Part shown: positions 48,429-61,394 of the stretch, one piece after another
How positions within the stretch are numbered: the stretch's first letter is position 1
Layout: every line of letters begins with the position of its first letter
Assembly (NCBI RefSeq): GCF_009914755.1
Contig: NC_060931.1
Reading direction: 5' to 3' (one strand)
DNA: 64,000 bases
Origin: the human T2T-CHM13v2.0 reference genome, Homo sapiens
The notes under the pieces: model-generated
What the model saw: the letters and a program-made list of their open reading frames with translations, nothing else
The model's database searches: none
Told to the model about the DNA's origin: nothing
Program-made: the position numbers and the translations under genes

Positions 48429-48976
48429 TAGGTTGGCCAGGATGGTCTCGATCTCCTGACCTCATGATCTGCCCACCTTGGCCTCCCAAAGTGCTGGGAT
48501 TACAGGCGTGAGCCACCGCGCCTGGCCCCCCTGGTTTCTTCCTTACCTTTGTATCACAAAACTTCTAGACCAAACAGTAAATATAAACGCCACAAGCATA
48601 CCCTATGCACAAAATGAGAGAAGGATTTAATTTAAATAACATACATCACTGCAAAGAAAGAAATACAGGTGGAAGTTTTAGTTCTTTCTGCTTCTTGGTT
48701 ACAAGTCAGTAGTAGTTGTCATTTCTTACTTCCCTCCTATACTACCATTCCAGGTACCTCTTGCTTTGACTGGGTTCATTCCCTGGTAGGGAGTCCACAA
48801 ACTTTCACTCCTGAAAATCCTAAGCCCTTGATGGTTTTGCACATGTAGAGTTGTGTGATCTTCTTTTGACTGGGCAAGAGCTGTAAAGAGGCATCTCAGT
48901 TTCCTCTGAGTACCATTCCTACTCCTCTCTGCCCCCATTCTGTAGAACCATCTTTTTGCTTTTAATAATAACGGTC

Positions 48977-50601
48977 CCCCCTCCCCCTCCCCTCCCCCTC
49001 CCCCTCCCCCTCCCTCTCCCTCTCCCCACAGTCTCCCTCTCCCTCTCTTTCCACCGTCTCCCTCTGATGCCGAGCCGAAGCTGGACTGTGCTGCCGCCAT
49101 CTCTGCTCACTGCAACCTCCCTGCCTGATTCTCCTGCCTCAGCCTGCCGAGTGCCTGCGATTGCAGGCGCGCGCCACCACGCCTGACTGGTTTTCGTATT
49201 TTTTTGGTGGAGACGGGGTTTCGCTGTGTTGGCCGGGCTGGTCTCCAGCTCCTAACCTCGAGTGATCCGCCAGCCTCAGCCTCCCGAGGTGCCGGGATTG
49301 CAGATGGAGTCTTGTTCACTCAGTGCTCAATGTTGCCCAGGCTGGAGTGCAGTGGCGTGATCTCGGCTCGCTACAACCTCCACCTCCCAGCCGCCTACCT
49401 TGGCCTTCCAAAGTGCCGAGATTGCAGCTTCTGCCCAGCCGCCACCCCGTCTGGGAAGTGAGGAGCGTCTCTGCCTAGCCGCCCATCGTCTGGGATGCGA
49501 GGAGCCCCTCTGCCCGGCTGCCCAGTCTGGGAAGTGAGGAGCACCTCTTACCGGCCGCCATCCCATCTAGGAACTGAGGAGCATCTCTGCCCGGCCGCCC
49601 ATCGTCTGAGATGTGGGGAGCGCCTCTGCCCCGTCTGGGATGTGAGGAGCGCCTCTGCCCGGCCGTGACCCCGACTGGGAGGTGAGGAGCGTCTCTGCCT
49701 GGCCGCCCCATCTGAGAAGTGAGGAGCCCCTCCGCCCGGCAGCCGCCCCGTCTGAGAAGTGAGGAGCCCCTCCGCCCGGCAGCCGCCCCGTCTGAGAAGT
49801 GAGGAGCCCCTCCGCCCGGCAGCCGCCCCGTCTGAGAAGTGAGGAGCCCCTCCGCCCGGCAGCCGCCCCGTCTGGGAAGTGAGGAGCCCCTCCGCCTGAC
49901 AGCCGCCCCGTCTGGGAAGTGAGGAGCATCCCCGCCCGGCAGCCACCCCGTCCGGGAGGGAGGTGGGGGTCAGCCCCCGCCCAGCCAGCCGCCCCGTCCG
50001 GGAGGTGGGGGGCACCTCTGCCCGGCCGCCCCTACTAGGAAGTGAGGAGCCCCTCTGCCCGGCCACCACCCCGTCTGGGAGGTGTACCCAACAGCTCATT
50101 GAGAACGGGCCATGATGACGATGGCGGTTTTGTGGAATAGAAAAGGGGGAAAGGTGGGGAAAAGTTAGAGAAATCAGATTGTTGCTGTGTCTGTGTAGAA
50201 AGAAGTAGACATGGGAGACTTCATTTTGTTCTGTACTAAGAAAAATTCTTCTGCCTTGGGATACTGTTGATCTATGACCTTACCCCCAACCCCATGCTCT
50301 CTGAAACATGTGCTGTGTCCACTCAGGGTTAAATGGATTAAGGGCAGTGCAAGATGTGCTTTGTTAAACAGATGCTTGAAGGCAGCATGCTCGTTAAAAG
50401 TCATCACCACTCCCTAATCTCAAGTACTCAGGGACACAAACACTGCGGAAGGCCGCAGGGTCCTCTGCCTAGGAAAACCAGACCTTTGTTCACTTGTTTA
50501 TCTGCTGACCTTCCCTCTACTATTGTCCTATGACCCTGCCAAATCCCCCTCTGTGAGAAACACCCAAGAATGATCAATAAAAATAAATAAATAAATAATA
50601 A
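48977..50601 (+). mobile_element. Full-length SVA retrotransposon (SVA_C/D-like)
   Basis: CCCTCT-type hexamer head, antisense Alu-like region, GC-rich VNTR with near-perfect 40-bp units (~49700-49920), SINE-R, AATAAA plus A-rich tail; TSD taataataacggtc (48963-48976 and 50602-50615). Confidence 0.97.
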
Positions 50602-51606
50602 TAATAATAACGGTCAATCCACTCTAACAACTCCAAAACCCCCTTCTACACATAACACCATGCTCTCCTAATGGTAGGAGGAGACAAAAATGGCAGCCGC
50701 AGTTCAGTTTTCAGTTGGTGGAATGATTTTTGTGCACCTGGTGAAATCACTTTCACCCTTAGGTATTAAAATCTCCAAACTTCATACATGCAATTAAAAA
50801 TTATTTTTTATTTTTAAAAAATCTTTTTCCACATGTTCTATGCAATTTTTCATACAACTCTTCCTTAAGAAACTCCTAGAGGATGTACGCAATTAAAATG
50901 AAGTCAACTCAGAAAAACACGGCTCCAGGAAAGTGGTGGGTTCAATGTAGGAAAAAAGTGAAGGCAATATCCAGGTGAAGAGAGATGAAGAGAGAGTCCA
51001 GAATGACAGGAGAACAGCAGCCCCAGAAAGCAGTCAGCTCTTACTGGAGCAGGAGAGAGGACTCTGCTAAATACATCTCCGCAAAGATCAAATTGATGGA
51101 ATACCTGATGTGTTTGAATGCACTGAGAGACTTACGCTTATGGCAAAGTTTAGGGGTGTGTTAGGAATAGGACTATTAAGCCAAGCAAACAAAAAATAAT
51201 ATAAATATTAACTCCGAGAGGAAGAAGTTGTACAAAAAAAGAAATATAATTCAAGTATGTACTATATCTTTGACTATTCATAATACTGTACACATCGAAT
51301 ATAGATTGAATCAAAGCAGAGGATGGTTGAAGCTCAATTTGGGGGATGGGGGGAAAGGGGAAGGGAAAAAAGGTGAAGATTAAACCCTTCCCTTCCATGG
51401 CTGGAAGTTCTGTGCCCCAGAATTCCCTTGGTTCCTGCATGTTCTCCAAGCTGTTCTACATCTAAGAGCTCATCACGTCTGGTTTCCAGGTGGGTTTGGC
51501 CAGTGGGAAACCCAGGCAGGAGATCAGAGAGGATGAGGAGAATGGGGTCAGGACAACTATTTCCTCCCTTGTGGTGACATAAGGTAGGCTGTTAACAGAG
51601 GGAAAC

Positions 51607-51975
51607 TGTCAGAAGTATTTGAACCAGAGCAACTCCATCTTGAATGGGGGCTGGGTAAAATAAGGCTGAGACCTACTGGGCTCCATTCCTAGGAGGCTAG
51701 GCATTCTTAGTCAAAGGATGAGATAAGAGGTTGGCACAAGATACAGGTCACAAAGACACCACTGGCCAAGACCCACCAACACTAAGATGGTGATAAAAGG
51801 GACCTCTGTTCGTCCCCACTGCTCATTATATGCTCATTATAATGCATTAGCATGCGAAAGGGCTGCTATTCTCTAATAAACTTGCTTTCACTTTATGGAC
51901 TGACCCTGAGTTCTTCTTGTACCAGGTCCAAGAACCCTCTCTTGGGGTCTGGATCGGGACCCCTTTCCGGTAACA
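51607..51975 (+). mobile_element. MER41-type solo LTR with a large internal deletion
   Basis: TG...CA ends (tgtcagaagtatttgaaccagagcaactccatcttgaat ... ggacccctttccggtaaca), TSD aaac; only 369 bp. Confidence 0.85.
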
Positions 51976-53627
51976 AAACTGCTCCTCTCGTGGTGGCTTC
52001 CTCTACTAGACTCTCCTGTATCCAGTAACCACTCCCTCCCTTCATCCTTCAGATCCCTGGTATGGACTTAGCTAGCTTGATGCCCCCTTCCTGAATTGTG
52101 TAACGTGAGCAGGAACATCACTCATCTCCATGCAGGCGTTGTCGCAGTGGGGCCACCATCCTGGCCAGGCAGTCCCGGCCATGAGACAGTCGCTGGGCTT
52201 CCCTCCAGCTTACTGCTTTTTGGTTCTGGCCTATTCTCCATGCCTGGTTCTTTTAACCTTCAGTTGGTATGAAGAGCTCCCCAATAGTCTTCCAATAAAT
52301 TCCCTTCGGCTTGGGTTGGCTGCATGTTTTCTACGTGTACACCCATGAAGTCTAATTGATGTGGTTCTGTGCCCAGAAACATGGAAGCTGCGTAGGGAAA
52401 CGTGCCAGCCATATGTGTGTACCTGCCAGTGCCTGGGTCCTACTAGACTGACCCAGTTAAAGTGTCTATTTCTTGTTAAATAAATCCCTTTCTGCCATAG
52501 CCAGCTGTGGCTGCTCCACATTGTTTCTCCTTCAAAATGAGGGAAGAAACAACAGCCCTTGCTGAATGGGCTCATCCTTGAAGTTGATTTCTCAGAATCT
52601 ATTTCTTAGATGAAAACACCACACGGATTGGTGAAATTTCTAATGGCCAATACACACACCATTTAAAAGAGAAAAGAAACAAAACATTGTTATCCGGAGT
52701 TAATTATGCTCCACCAGGACATGGCATCTGCAAAAACAATCCCCAAGACAATGTAAAAATGCATCTTAAAGTTTCTGACATGGAATTCAGAGAAAAGAGA
52801 AAATGTCCTCAAGGAATAACACCCAAATGGACCCTCTTAAAAGACGTGGTGGAAATTATATGGAAGCTTCATAAATGCCTTTGTAAGTCTTGAGAAAAAT
52901 AAGCAGCGGGTTAATTAGGGCTTTACTGTTGTAGGTGAGGCAGCCGGCAGGGAAGCAGAGAAGCTGGGAGCATGAATGTATAGAAACGCGTGGTTCTGGG
53001 TTCATTAGTGACCTCCCAGAAACACAGGTCATCAATTTAGAGAAAACAAAACACAAGGGGCTCATCTCGAGAAATCCAAGACCATGGCTTCAAAAGTGGT
53101 TCCAATCACTGAGAGTGGTAAAGCTTCATAATTTAAAATGAATATTTAGAGTTATTAAGGCTGAGGCCATTTACAGAAGCTGTAACTTGAAACCACCAGA
53201 ATTACCACAATCTACAGATAGTCTAAGAGAAGGCGGTTCTGGATTTTGCTCTGTCTCTGATTCCTGCCTGATTTAGAACAAATCGATTTATTTCCCCATT
53301 GGGGATACAGATAATTTTCTTTTAGTAAACTATCACTGAATTTTTAAATTATGTCCAAAGAAAACATTGTTTTGTGGTGTTAATAATTGCAACAGCAGCC
53401 AGAAACACACTATATATCCATTACATGCAAAGAAATAGTCACAGTTAGAGTATTCTAAGTTGCTTTTATAATCTTTCTAAAGTCTCCAAATTAAGTACAC
53501 TGCCTTGGACAAGGAAGGAAAGAAATGTCTGTGACCTCCATCCCTCCTCTCACTCCGTTCAAGGGCCATATCTGGATGCAAGAGGAATGTGGTGTTTTGG
53601 GGTCCTGCCACTCTGTCTGTAGTCATC

Positions 53628-54107
53628 GTGGTGCTGAAGCTAAGTTCCATGAGCAGAAGCTGCTGGAGCAGGTGGACTTCCTGAAATGGGAGGTCACGGA
53701 CCACAGCCTCCACGGGCTGCCTCCCTGGCTGCAGAGGGAGGCCGACCCGTGCTGCAGCCAGCGGAGCCTTGCATGCCAGAGCTGCCCAAACACTGCTGCA
53801 CAAGCTGTATGCTCTGGGCCTGGTGCCCACATATGGCTTGCTCGAACTCTGCGACATTGTCAGGGCTTTGTCCAGGCCTTGTCCTTGTCGTTGTCACTGC
53901 TGCCTCCTCCCTACCATTCTCCTCAGGCTGCAGGGCCTTCATGGAGCAAAGCCATGTGCTTGTAGGCCCTGGATGTGGTTACCGACTCCACCTTTCTTTG
54001 TCACATGCCGCATGGAGGACTTTGTCACCTGGGTCGGCTCATCCAAGATCAAGCAACACATGCCATCATACAACGGGGAGTGCAATGACTTCGATCTGGA
54101 AGCCTAG
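53628..54107 (+). pseudogene. IMP3P2: IMP3 (U3 snoRNP protein) pseudogene, probably IMP3P2
   Basis: [44 protein letters not shown] and MEDFVTWVGSSKIKQH..YNGECNDFDLEA* occur in different frames. Start codon degraded to GTG; ATTAAA at 54321. The pseudogene number is from memory. Confidence 0.92.
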
Positions 54108-57100
54108 CTGGTCTCCTAGTCTCCACGGCTGCCTGTCTTTTACAGATACGACAACCAATGCTGGAGATTCTATAAGGGCGCTCCCCACAAGAGTGTCAGC
54201 AGGTTGTAGTTTCTTAGGTTCCTCAATGGCAGGCCATGCACAGAGCCAAGGAGGGGAGAGGGCGTGGTGCCTGTTTTCAAGGAAATTTTCTTAGTATTCT
54301 TAGTACTTGGACTACTGATTATTAAATGACTGTGCCTTGGGAGACAGTGAAAAGTGGTTTGGTGCTGCACTGTAGAATTGTTAGCTTCTTGTGTTGGAAA
54401 CTTTTTAGTGTAAAAGCAAGAACTCTGTCCGAGCATGGTGGCTCACGCCTGTAATCCCAGCACTTTGGGAGGCCGAGGCGGGCGGATCACTTGAGGTCAG
54501 GAGTTCAAGACTAGCCTAGCCAACATGGTGAAACCCCGTCTCTACTAAAAAATACAAAAATTAGCCAGGCATGGTGGTGGGTGCCTGTAATCCCAACTAC
54601 TCGGGAGGCTGAGGCAGGGACAATTGCTTGAACCCGGGAGGTAGAGGTTGCAGTGAGTCGAGATTGTGCCACTGGACTCCAGCCTGGGCAAGAGAGTGAG
54701 ACTCAGTCTCAAAAAAAAAAAGAAAGAAAGAAAGAAAAAAACCAGCACATGGACTTTAGTCCACGTGTAACATATAACCCATGATAATGTAAGTAAACTT
54801 TGATAGGACAATTCTATAAGGGGTACTGGTCACAAGAATTTTTCCTCTCTGAGCATAAGAATTCAGTCCACCCAGTCCATGCATCTATATATAACAATAC
54901 TTTGGGAGGTTATAAGCACAGGAAAAGGGTTTGTGGAGAATGACTAAACTCACAAACTGAAATGAAGACTAAATATATTTTGCAAGGCAGTTAATTTAGG
55001 CATAAATATAGTCACTCAACTGTGAATATCATGCATGGAGTTCTGAAGGCTGAACTTCCAGCCTTCTTCACTAAAGACTGAAATTTGCTTTGCTCAGCTC
55101 TTTTCTGGACTCCTTTCTTCCTAGTTCCATTGGTCTTTGTGTACTGACATTATCTCTATAGCAAGTTGCCTTCTTGCTTTAAGGTCTATACCAGTCTCAC
55201 GTTTAGCTGCAAACAATGAGAAGCCAATCAACAAGGGCTTAAGGAACTCTATTCACTATGTCTAACCTTTAAAGAAAAAGATGTTACTATCTTTGCAGGC
55301 CAAACCAAGTCTTTGGTAATACGCTGGGTATCTTCTCTAAGCTCCTGCTCCCATCCCACCCCAGGCCAGGCCAAGCCACTGTCCACCCTCCACCATCCTG
55401 CTCTCTGCCCCAGAGGCTGGGAACCTCTATGGACTGTATCAAGGGAGGCGCATGCTGTCCGGCTTTGGTTGGATTTGACCAGTGGGAAATCAAGGAGGAC
55501 TGGGTAGGAGAGTCTCAGGCTGCAGCACAGTTCCAAGAAAGTTTCAGCAGACTGACAAGGAACCCTTAAATTCAGTGCACGTTAGAGGAATCTGCATCTC
55601 CCCGGAATGGGGTCTCCCTGCAGCTGGAGGTCTGAATACAGCATCTTCATGGTCACCACAAGGAGAAGTATAGATTACACCACTGCCCAAGTCCACCTGA
55701 ACATTTTTAAATTTTATTTTTATTTTTTTTCTTTGAGACGGGAGTCTTGCTCTGTTGCCCAGGCTGGAGTGCGGTGGTGTGATCTCGCCTCACTGCAGCC
55801 TCGTCCTCCCAGGTTCAAGTGATTCTTATGCCTCAGCCATCCCAGTAGCTGTGATTACAGGTGTGGGCCACCATGCCTGGCTAATTTTTGTAGTTTCTTT
55901 TGTAGAGACAGGGTTTCATCATGTTGGCCAAGCTGGTCTTGAACACCTGGCCTCAAGTGATCTGTCCGCCTCGGCCTCCCAAAGTGTTGAGATTACAGGT
56001 GTGAGCCACCATGCCCAGCCATATATTATTTTATTTATTTCCTTTTCCTCCAGTAGAATAAATTCCATACCTATACTACACATTGTGCAAAATAATATTT
56101 TTCAGGTTTTAAGACATTCCCAAGGAAGTGTAGATGCTTGTGTGGAATTTCCCTCCCTTCCTCCCTCCCTGCCTTCCTAACTTCCTTTTTTTTTTTTTTT
56201 TTTGACAAGGTCTCACTCTATCACCCAGGCTGGAGTGCAGTGGCACAATCATGGCTCACTGCAGTCTTGAATGCCTGGGCTGCAGCTATTCTCCCACCTC
56301 AGCCTCCTATGTAGCTGGGACTGCAGGTGAGCAACGATGCCTGGCTAATTTTTAAAAATATTATTATTTGTAGAGGTGAGGTCTTGCTATATTGCCCAAG
56401 CTGGTCTCGAACTCCTGGGCTCAAAGTGATCCTCCTGCCTCAGCCTCCCAAGTTGCTGGAATTACAAGCGTGAGCCCCTGTGCCTGGCTGCTTCTGTGGA
56501 ACTTCTATACACCTTTTTGTCCATTGTGTTTTGAAACTGCCCACTGCCCCTCTGTGTCTCATTTTTCTAATCTGTCCCATAATCTCTATGTCCTCTTGGC
56601 CATTTTAGATGTCTTTGTATCAACTTTCTCTAGTCTTTCTGTCAACACAGTTTTTTGTCTGGACTGAGATGTGTAACAAGATTATTAACTTTTTTCAGGT
56701 CTAACATTCTAAGTCAGGCCAGGTGTGGTGGCTCACGCCTATAATCCTAGCACTCTGGGAGGCTGAGGCAGGAGGATCACTCGAGGTCAGGAGTTCAAAA
56801 TCAGCCTCCTGGGCAATAGAACAAGACCCTGTCTCAAAAAAAAGAAAAAGGATTCTAGGTCAATGAGTCCCAGTGGGCAGAACTCCACCACAGAAGGTGT
56901 TTGGAAGTTCTTAAATGATGGGGTGTTTGGGGAGTCACCATGGCTGGAGGGCACTAACGGCATTCTAGCAGTTGAGGGCCATGATGCTGGAAGCCCTACA
57001 GAGAATAAATAATGATCTTCTTATGCCACTCTGACCATTCTGGCAGGTGAAGAACATGTTTACAACTACTTGAGTCTAGACCCTAACTCCCCCAACCCAC

Positions 57101-57583
57101 TCACCCAATTTTAATATACACAGAATTTTCCAGGAAGTTAACCATCATGTAAATCAAGGGAAGATGGTACTTTGGGGTTTGTGTGTGTGTTTTGTTTGTT
57201 TGTTCTTGGTGCTTAACCAAAAGTTGTTCACAGTTTGGAAAATCATTACAAAGTTGCTCCTAGGACAGTAAAACCTATTTAATAAGTGGGGTTCAGATCC
57301 CCTACACAACCTTGGTTTTAGTTGGGATTCACTCTGAGTGGGGCTTGGAGGGAAGGGTAAAGCCAGCAGGAAAAGACAGGCGGCTCCTGCAGGGCAGCTC
57401 TCCTGGGTCCAGAATTCTCCCTACAGGTCTCCCCAGATCAAGCCAAGGAAATGGGCGCCAAGTAACCAGAGACTGCTGGAGTCATTGCCAGTGGTCCCGT
57501 GAATCACAGCCAGCCTCAAGACCTCAATTTCTTCACCCGGCCATGTAAGCAGAGCGGACAACTCTGAGGGCGTGGCTGGGCGG

Positions 57584-57595
57584 GGTTCTTGGGGC
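57584..57595 (+). promoter_or_regulatory. 5S rDNA upstream D-box (11/12 match) at -32 to -21, with GC box GGGCGG at 57578-57583
   Basis: ggttcttggggc versus the mammalian D-box GGCTCTTGGGGC, at the canonical distance from +1 (57616). Confidence 0.8.
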
Positions 57596-57615
57596 AGCCC
57601 GGCGCCACTGCCGGC

Positions 57616-57730
57616 ATCTACGCACCCTGAACGCGCCCGATCTGGTCTCATCTCGGAAGCTAAGCAGGGTCGGGCCTGGTTAGTACTTGGATGGGAGATC
57701 GCCTGGAAATACCGGGTGCTGTAGGTTTTT
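57616..57730 (+). pseudogene. RNA5SP242: Near-complete 5S rRNA pseudogene (probably RNA5SP242)
   Basis: Matches 5S consensus except a 7-nt deletion (GCCATAC) and a few substitutions. Box A intact, box C one mismatch, T5 terminator. The name is from memory. Confidence 0.93.
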
Positions 57731-57866
57731 GGCTTCCCGCTCCCTCTCTCTTTCCCCCTTTTGTCGCCGCGCTTTTCAACCGCCCCCTAACTCTGCTCCC
57801 CCTTTTACTCCGTCGCAGCCCGGGACCTCCTGGTGGGGGTCCGCCACTGCAGCACCAGGCGCCACT

Positions 57867-57915
57867 GCCATACCACCCTGAACGCGCCCGATCTCGTCTG
57901 ATCTCGGAAGCTAAG
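57867..57915 (+). pseudogene. RNA5SP243: Partial 5S rRNA copy (about +8 to +56; probably RNA5SP243)
   Basis: gccataccaccctgaacgcgcccgatctcgtctgatctcggaagctaag is identical to 5S consensus. The name is from memory. Confidence 0.9.
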
Positions 57916-59689
57916 ATGTGGCCGCATTTAGGACCCCACCGGCTTGGCTGTGCCTCTCCCAGCCCCCTGGCGGAGCGGACTAACCCTAGCATTTCATTGA
58001 TTCACAATAACGCCACCCCACCCCGACTGACTATTTTGAGCCCCATTTGCCAATCTGTAGTGGATCTTTACTGTTTTGGAGTAGTAAATTCAATACACCT
58101 TTATGGGTCTATTTTTGTAACTACTGCATTCTGGGTACAAGCTTCTGATTCTATTTCATGGCTTCGAATGAAGTCGTGCACAAGCATTTACATATTGACT
58201 TATGCATTGTTTTATATTTTCCTTGTATATTACAGTTGGGGCAGGATATCAATTTTTAAAATTTGTATGTATAGGTAGGTTACAATCATTATTAATTTTA
58301 TTTCAGGCTGGTGAAACGGTGTGACAAAATATTTGTCGTAAAAAGAGGACTTGGGTCTGACAGGGTTGAGAACCACAACACTGGAGGAGTGTTGACCTCC
58401 CCAGTGCTTCTCTGTTGACTTTGGTGGCACTTAGACAGCTCCTGCACCATCTCTGCCTTCTCTTGCCCACACCCCACACTGGGGCTGCTTCTCTAGGCTC
58501 CTCTGCTCTGCTCTTCCCACACCTTCTCCTCAGCCCTCAGGTCAGCGAGTCCTGGGCAGCCTCTCCTGCTCCCTGGTTCAATCCCAGCCATGCCATCACC
58601 CACGCCTCAGAGTCTCTCCTGCCCCTCCTTAACCCATGCCACCCCGACTCCAGCTAGGTCCTATAATCTTCAATCTCTTCTGGGCTGTCTGTGGGAGGGA
58701 GGGTTCCTGCCTAGATACCTGTTCTGTCCATAAAATCAGGTTCCAAATCTCCCTCATTTGTATTTGTTTGATTTTATTTATTTATTTAGAGATGGAGTCT
58801 CACTCTGCCGCCTAGACTGGAGTGCAGTGGCCCGATCTTGGCTCACTGCAACCTCTTCCTACTGAGGTCAAGCAATTCTTCTGCCTCAGCCTCCCAAGTA
58901 GCTGCCACCACACTTGGCTAATTTTTGTGTTTTTGGTAGAGACGGGGTTTTGCTGTGTTGGGGGGCAGGCTGGTCTCGAACTCCTGACCTCAAGTGATCC
59001 GCCCCCCTCAGTCTCTCAAAGTGTTGGGATTACAGGCGTGAGCCACCGCGCCCGGCCAATGCCCCTCATTATATAGCCTCTGCTCCAGCCAGCTGAGCCC
59101 TGGAGGTTCCCTACCATGGTCATGTCAGGGAATAGGGGAACATCCTATGTCAGCTAACTTATTGACTTCTCGTGAGGGCTCTTGCTACTGAAGTCCTGGT
59201 TTCTGTCCTTATCACTATAGTATTCCAGGGCAGCCAGGTTCAAGTCCTTATAGTCATCTCTAACTCTTTGTCTCTTATATTTAACAAGGCACCAACTGAA
59301 TTAAACTTAATGAACATTTAAATGAATTTTTAATAAAAAATTTTAAATATGTATTACAAAAATATTGTTCATAAAGATTCCAATAATACAGAACTAAAGT
59401 AATTTTGGGGCCTGTCTGTCCATACCTGCTGCCCCCCCCCCCCCCACCACCAAAAACAACCAACTTCATTGAAACAAGCACTTCAACTGCTTCTTATTTA
59501 ACAATTCATTTGTTCTTGTGTAATCTCAGGGTGTCAAGTTCTGTAACCTTCTAAGGTCACTCTTTCTTTTATTATCTAAATGAAGTGACTCAAGCCTCTA
59601 GGCTACTCCTGTCATGCCTGAAGATTTTCGGGGATGCTTGCACTCTCCTGATTTATAATCACTTTGATGTCTGAATCTCACTGAATCCC

Positions 59690-60260
59690 ACAGCCTAGTG
59701 ATTTTTCGTTTGATTTATAGCTTAAGTGCATTGCGATCCAGATATGAATATTGCTATATGCAATTCAGTGATTAAAATTTGCTGAAACTTGCTTTATTGC
59801 TCATAATCTGGCCATTTTTTACTTATAAATTTCCCTATGTACTTAAAATTAAAGCATATTCTGCAATTGTTGGGTGTAGTGTTCTCTGCCTATGGTCTAT
59901 TAAATCAAGTTTGTTAATCATGTTTAAATATTCTATATCCTTACTGATCTGGTCTGCATGCTATATCAATTACAGAAAGGCATTAAAATCACCTTCTGTG
60001 ATTATTACTTTGTCCATATGCAGTTCTGTCAATTTCGCTTTATATAGCTTGAGACTATTATATTTTTGAGTTTTATTTTTTTTTATGTTCCTGGTGAATT
60101 GAACGTTTTATCATTCCACAGTGGTCCTTTGTCTTTTTAGCAACAGTTTTTGGTTTAAAGTCCATTTGACTAACATTAATATAGCTCACCAGCTTTCTTT
60201 TGTTAGTACTTACATAGTGTATTTCTCTTTCATTCTTTTACTTTCAAGCTTTCTTTATAC
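59690..60260 (-). mobile_element. Old L1 ORF2 (endonuclease-region) fragment
   Basis: T-rich L1M-like antisense sequence (tattctgcaattgttgggtgtagtgttct, ttgactaacattaatatagctcaccagctttcttt). Confidence 0.65.
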
Positions 60261-60357
60261 TTTTGTTTTCCTTTCTCTTTTTGAAATGGGGTCTCTCCTG
60301 TCACCCAGGCTGGAGTGCAGTGGTGCATCATAGGCTATTTTCCTCTTGACTAATTAG

Positions 60358-60752
<395 letters not shown>

Positions 60753-61108
60753 TAGTAAGGTTTTATTATTCTTTTAATACAAGATAGATTCTATTTGCTG
60801 CCATTTTATTTAGATGTTAAAATCAATATTAAAATATGAGCTTGAAACATGCATACATACATAGCTGGAATCCCAGGAGAAGGGAAGAAATGAGATAGAA
60901 GAAATATTTGAGGAAATAATGGCCAAGAATTTCTCAGAATTCATGACAGCTATCAAACCTCAGATCCAAGAAGCTCAGAGAGCAGAAAGCAGGATGTACT
61001 AACATGAGCACACACACACACGATGCACTACCTACACATTTTAAGTTCCTACTGCTGAAAACAAAACAAAAAGAAGACATCTTGAAGGAGCAAGAGAAGA
61101 AAGAAACA

Positions 61109-61373
61109 CAGTTGTCCCTCAATATCCACAGGGGCTTGGCTCCCCCACAGATACCAAATCTACACAGTCCTAAGTCCTGGTGGAACCAACTGATAGGAAA
61201 TGTGAGCCCTCCATCTAGACGGGCTTCACATGCAGCCAGTACCATATTTCACATAATGCATTTGGTTCTGGACGTGGAACCCACCCATATGGAGAGTAAA
61301 CTGAGTGTATTTTTAAAATCCAGGTGTAAGTGGACCCTCAAAGTTCAGCCCCATGTTGTTCCAGGGTCAACTG
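61109..61373. mobile_element. MER8-like TcMar-Tigger MITE
   Basis: Terminal inverted repeats cagttgtccct ... agggtcaactg. Confidence 0.75.
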
Positions 61374-61394
61374 TATTCCATAGAGGGAAACAAA

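Noticed and set aside
49107-50410. ORFs within the SVA
   Set aside because: Artefacts of the GC-rich VNTR, Alu-like and SINE-R regions.
51607-51975. MER41 as an interferon-gamma (STAT1) enhancer
   Set aside because: The central part that normally carries the tandem TTCCGGGAA-type sites appears deleted; I did not see them.
57980-57989. ctaaccctag as a telomeric seed at the 5S insertion edge
   Set aside because: About 1.5 units only; compatible with chance.
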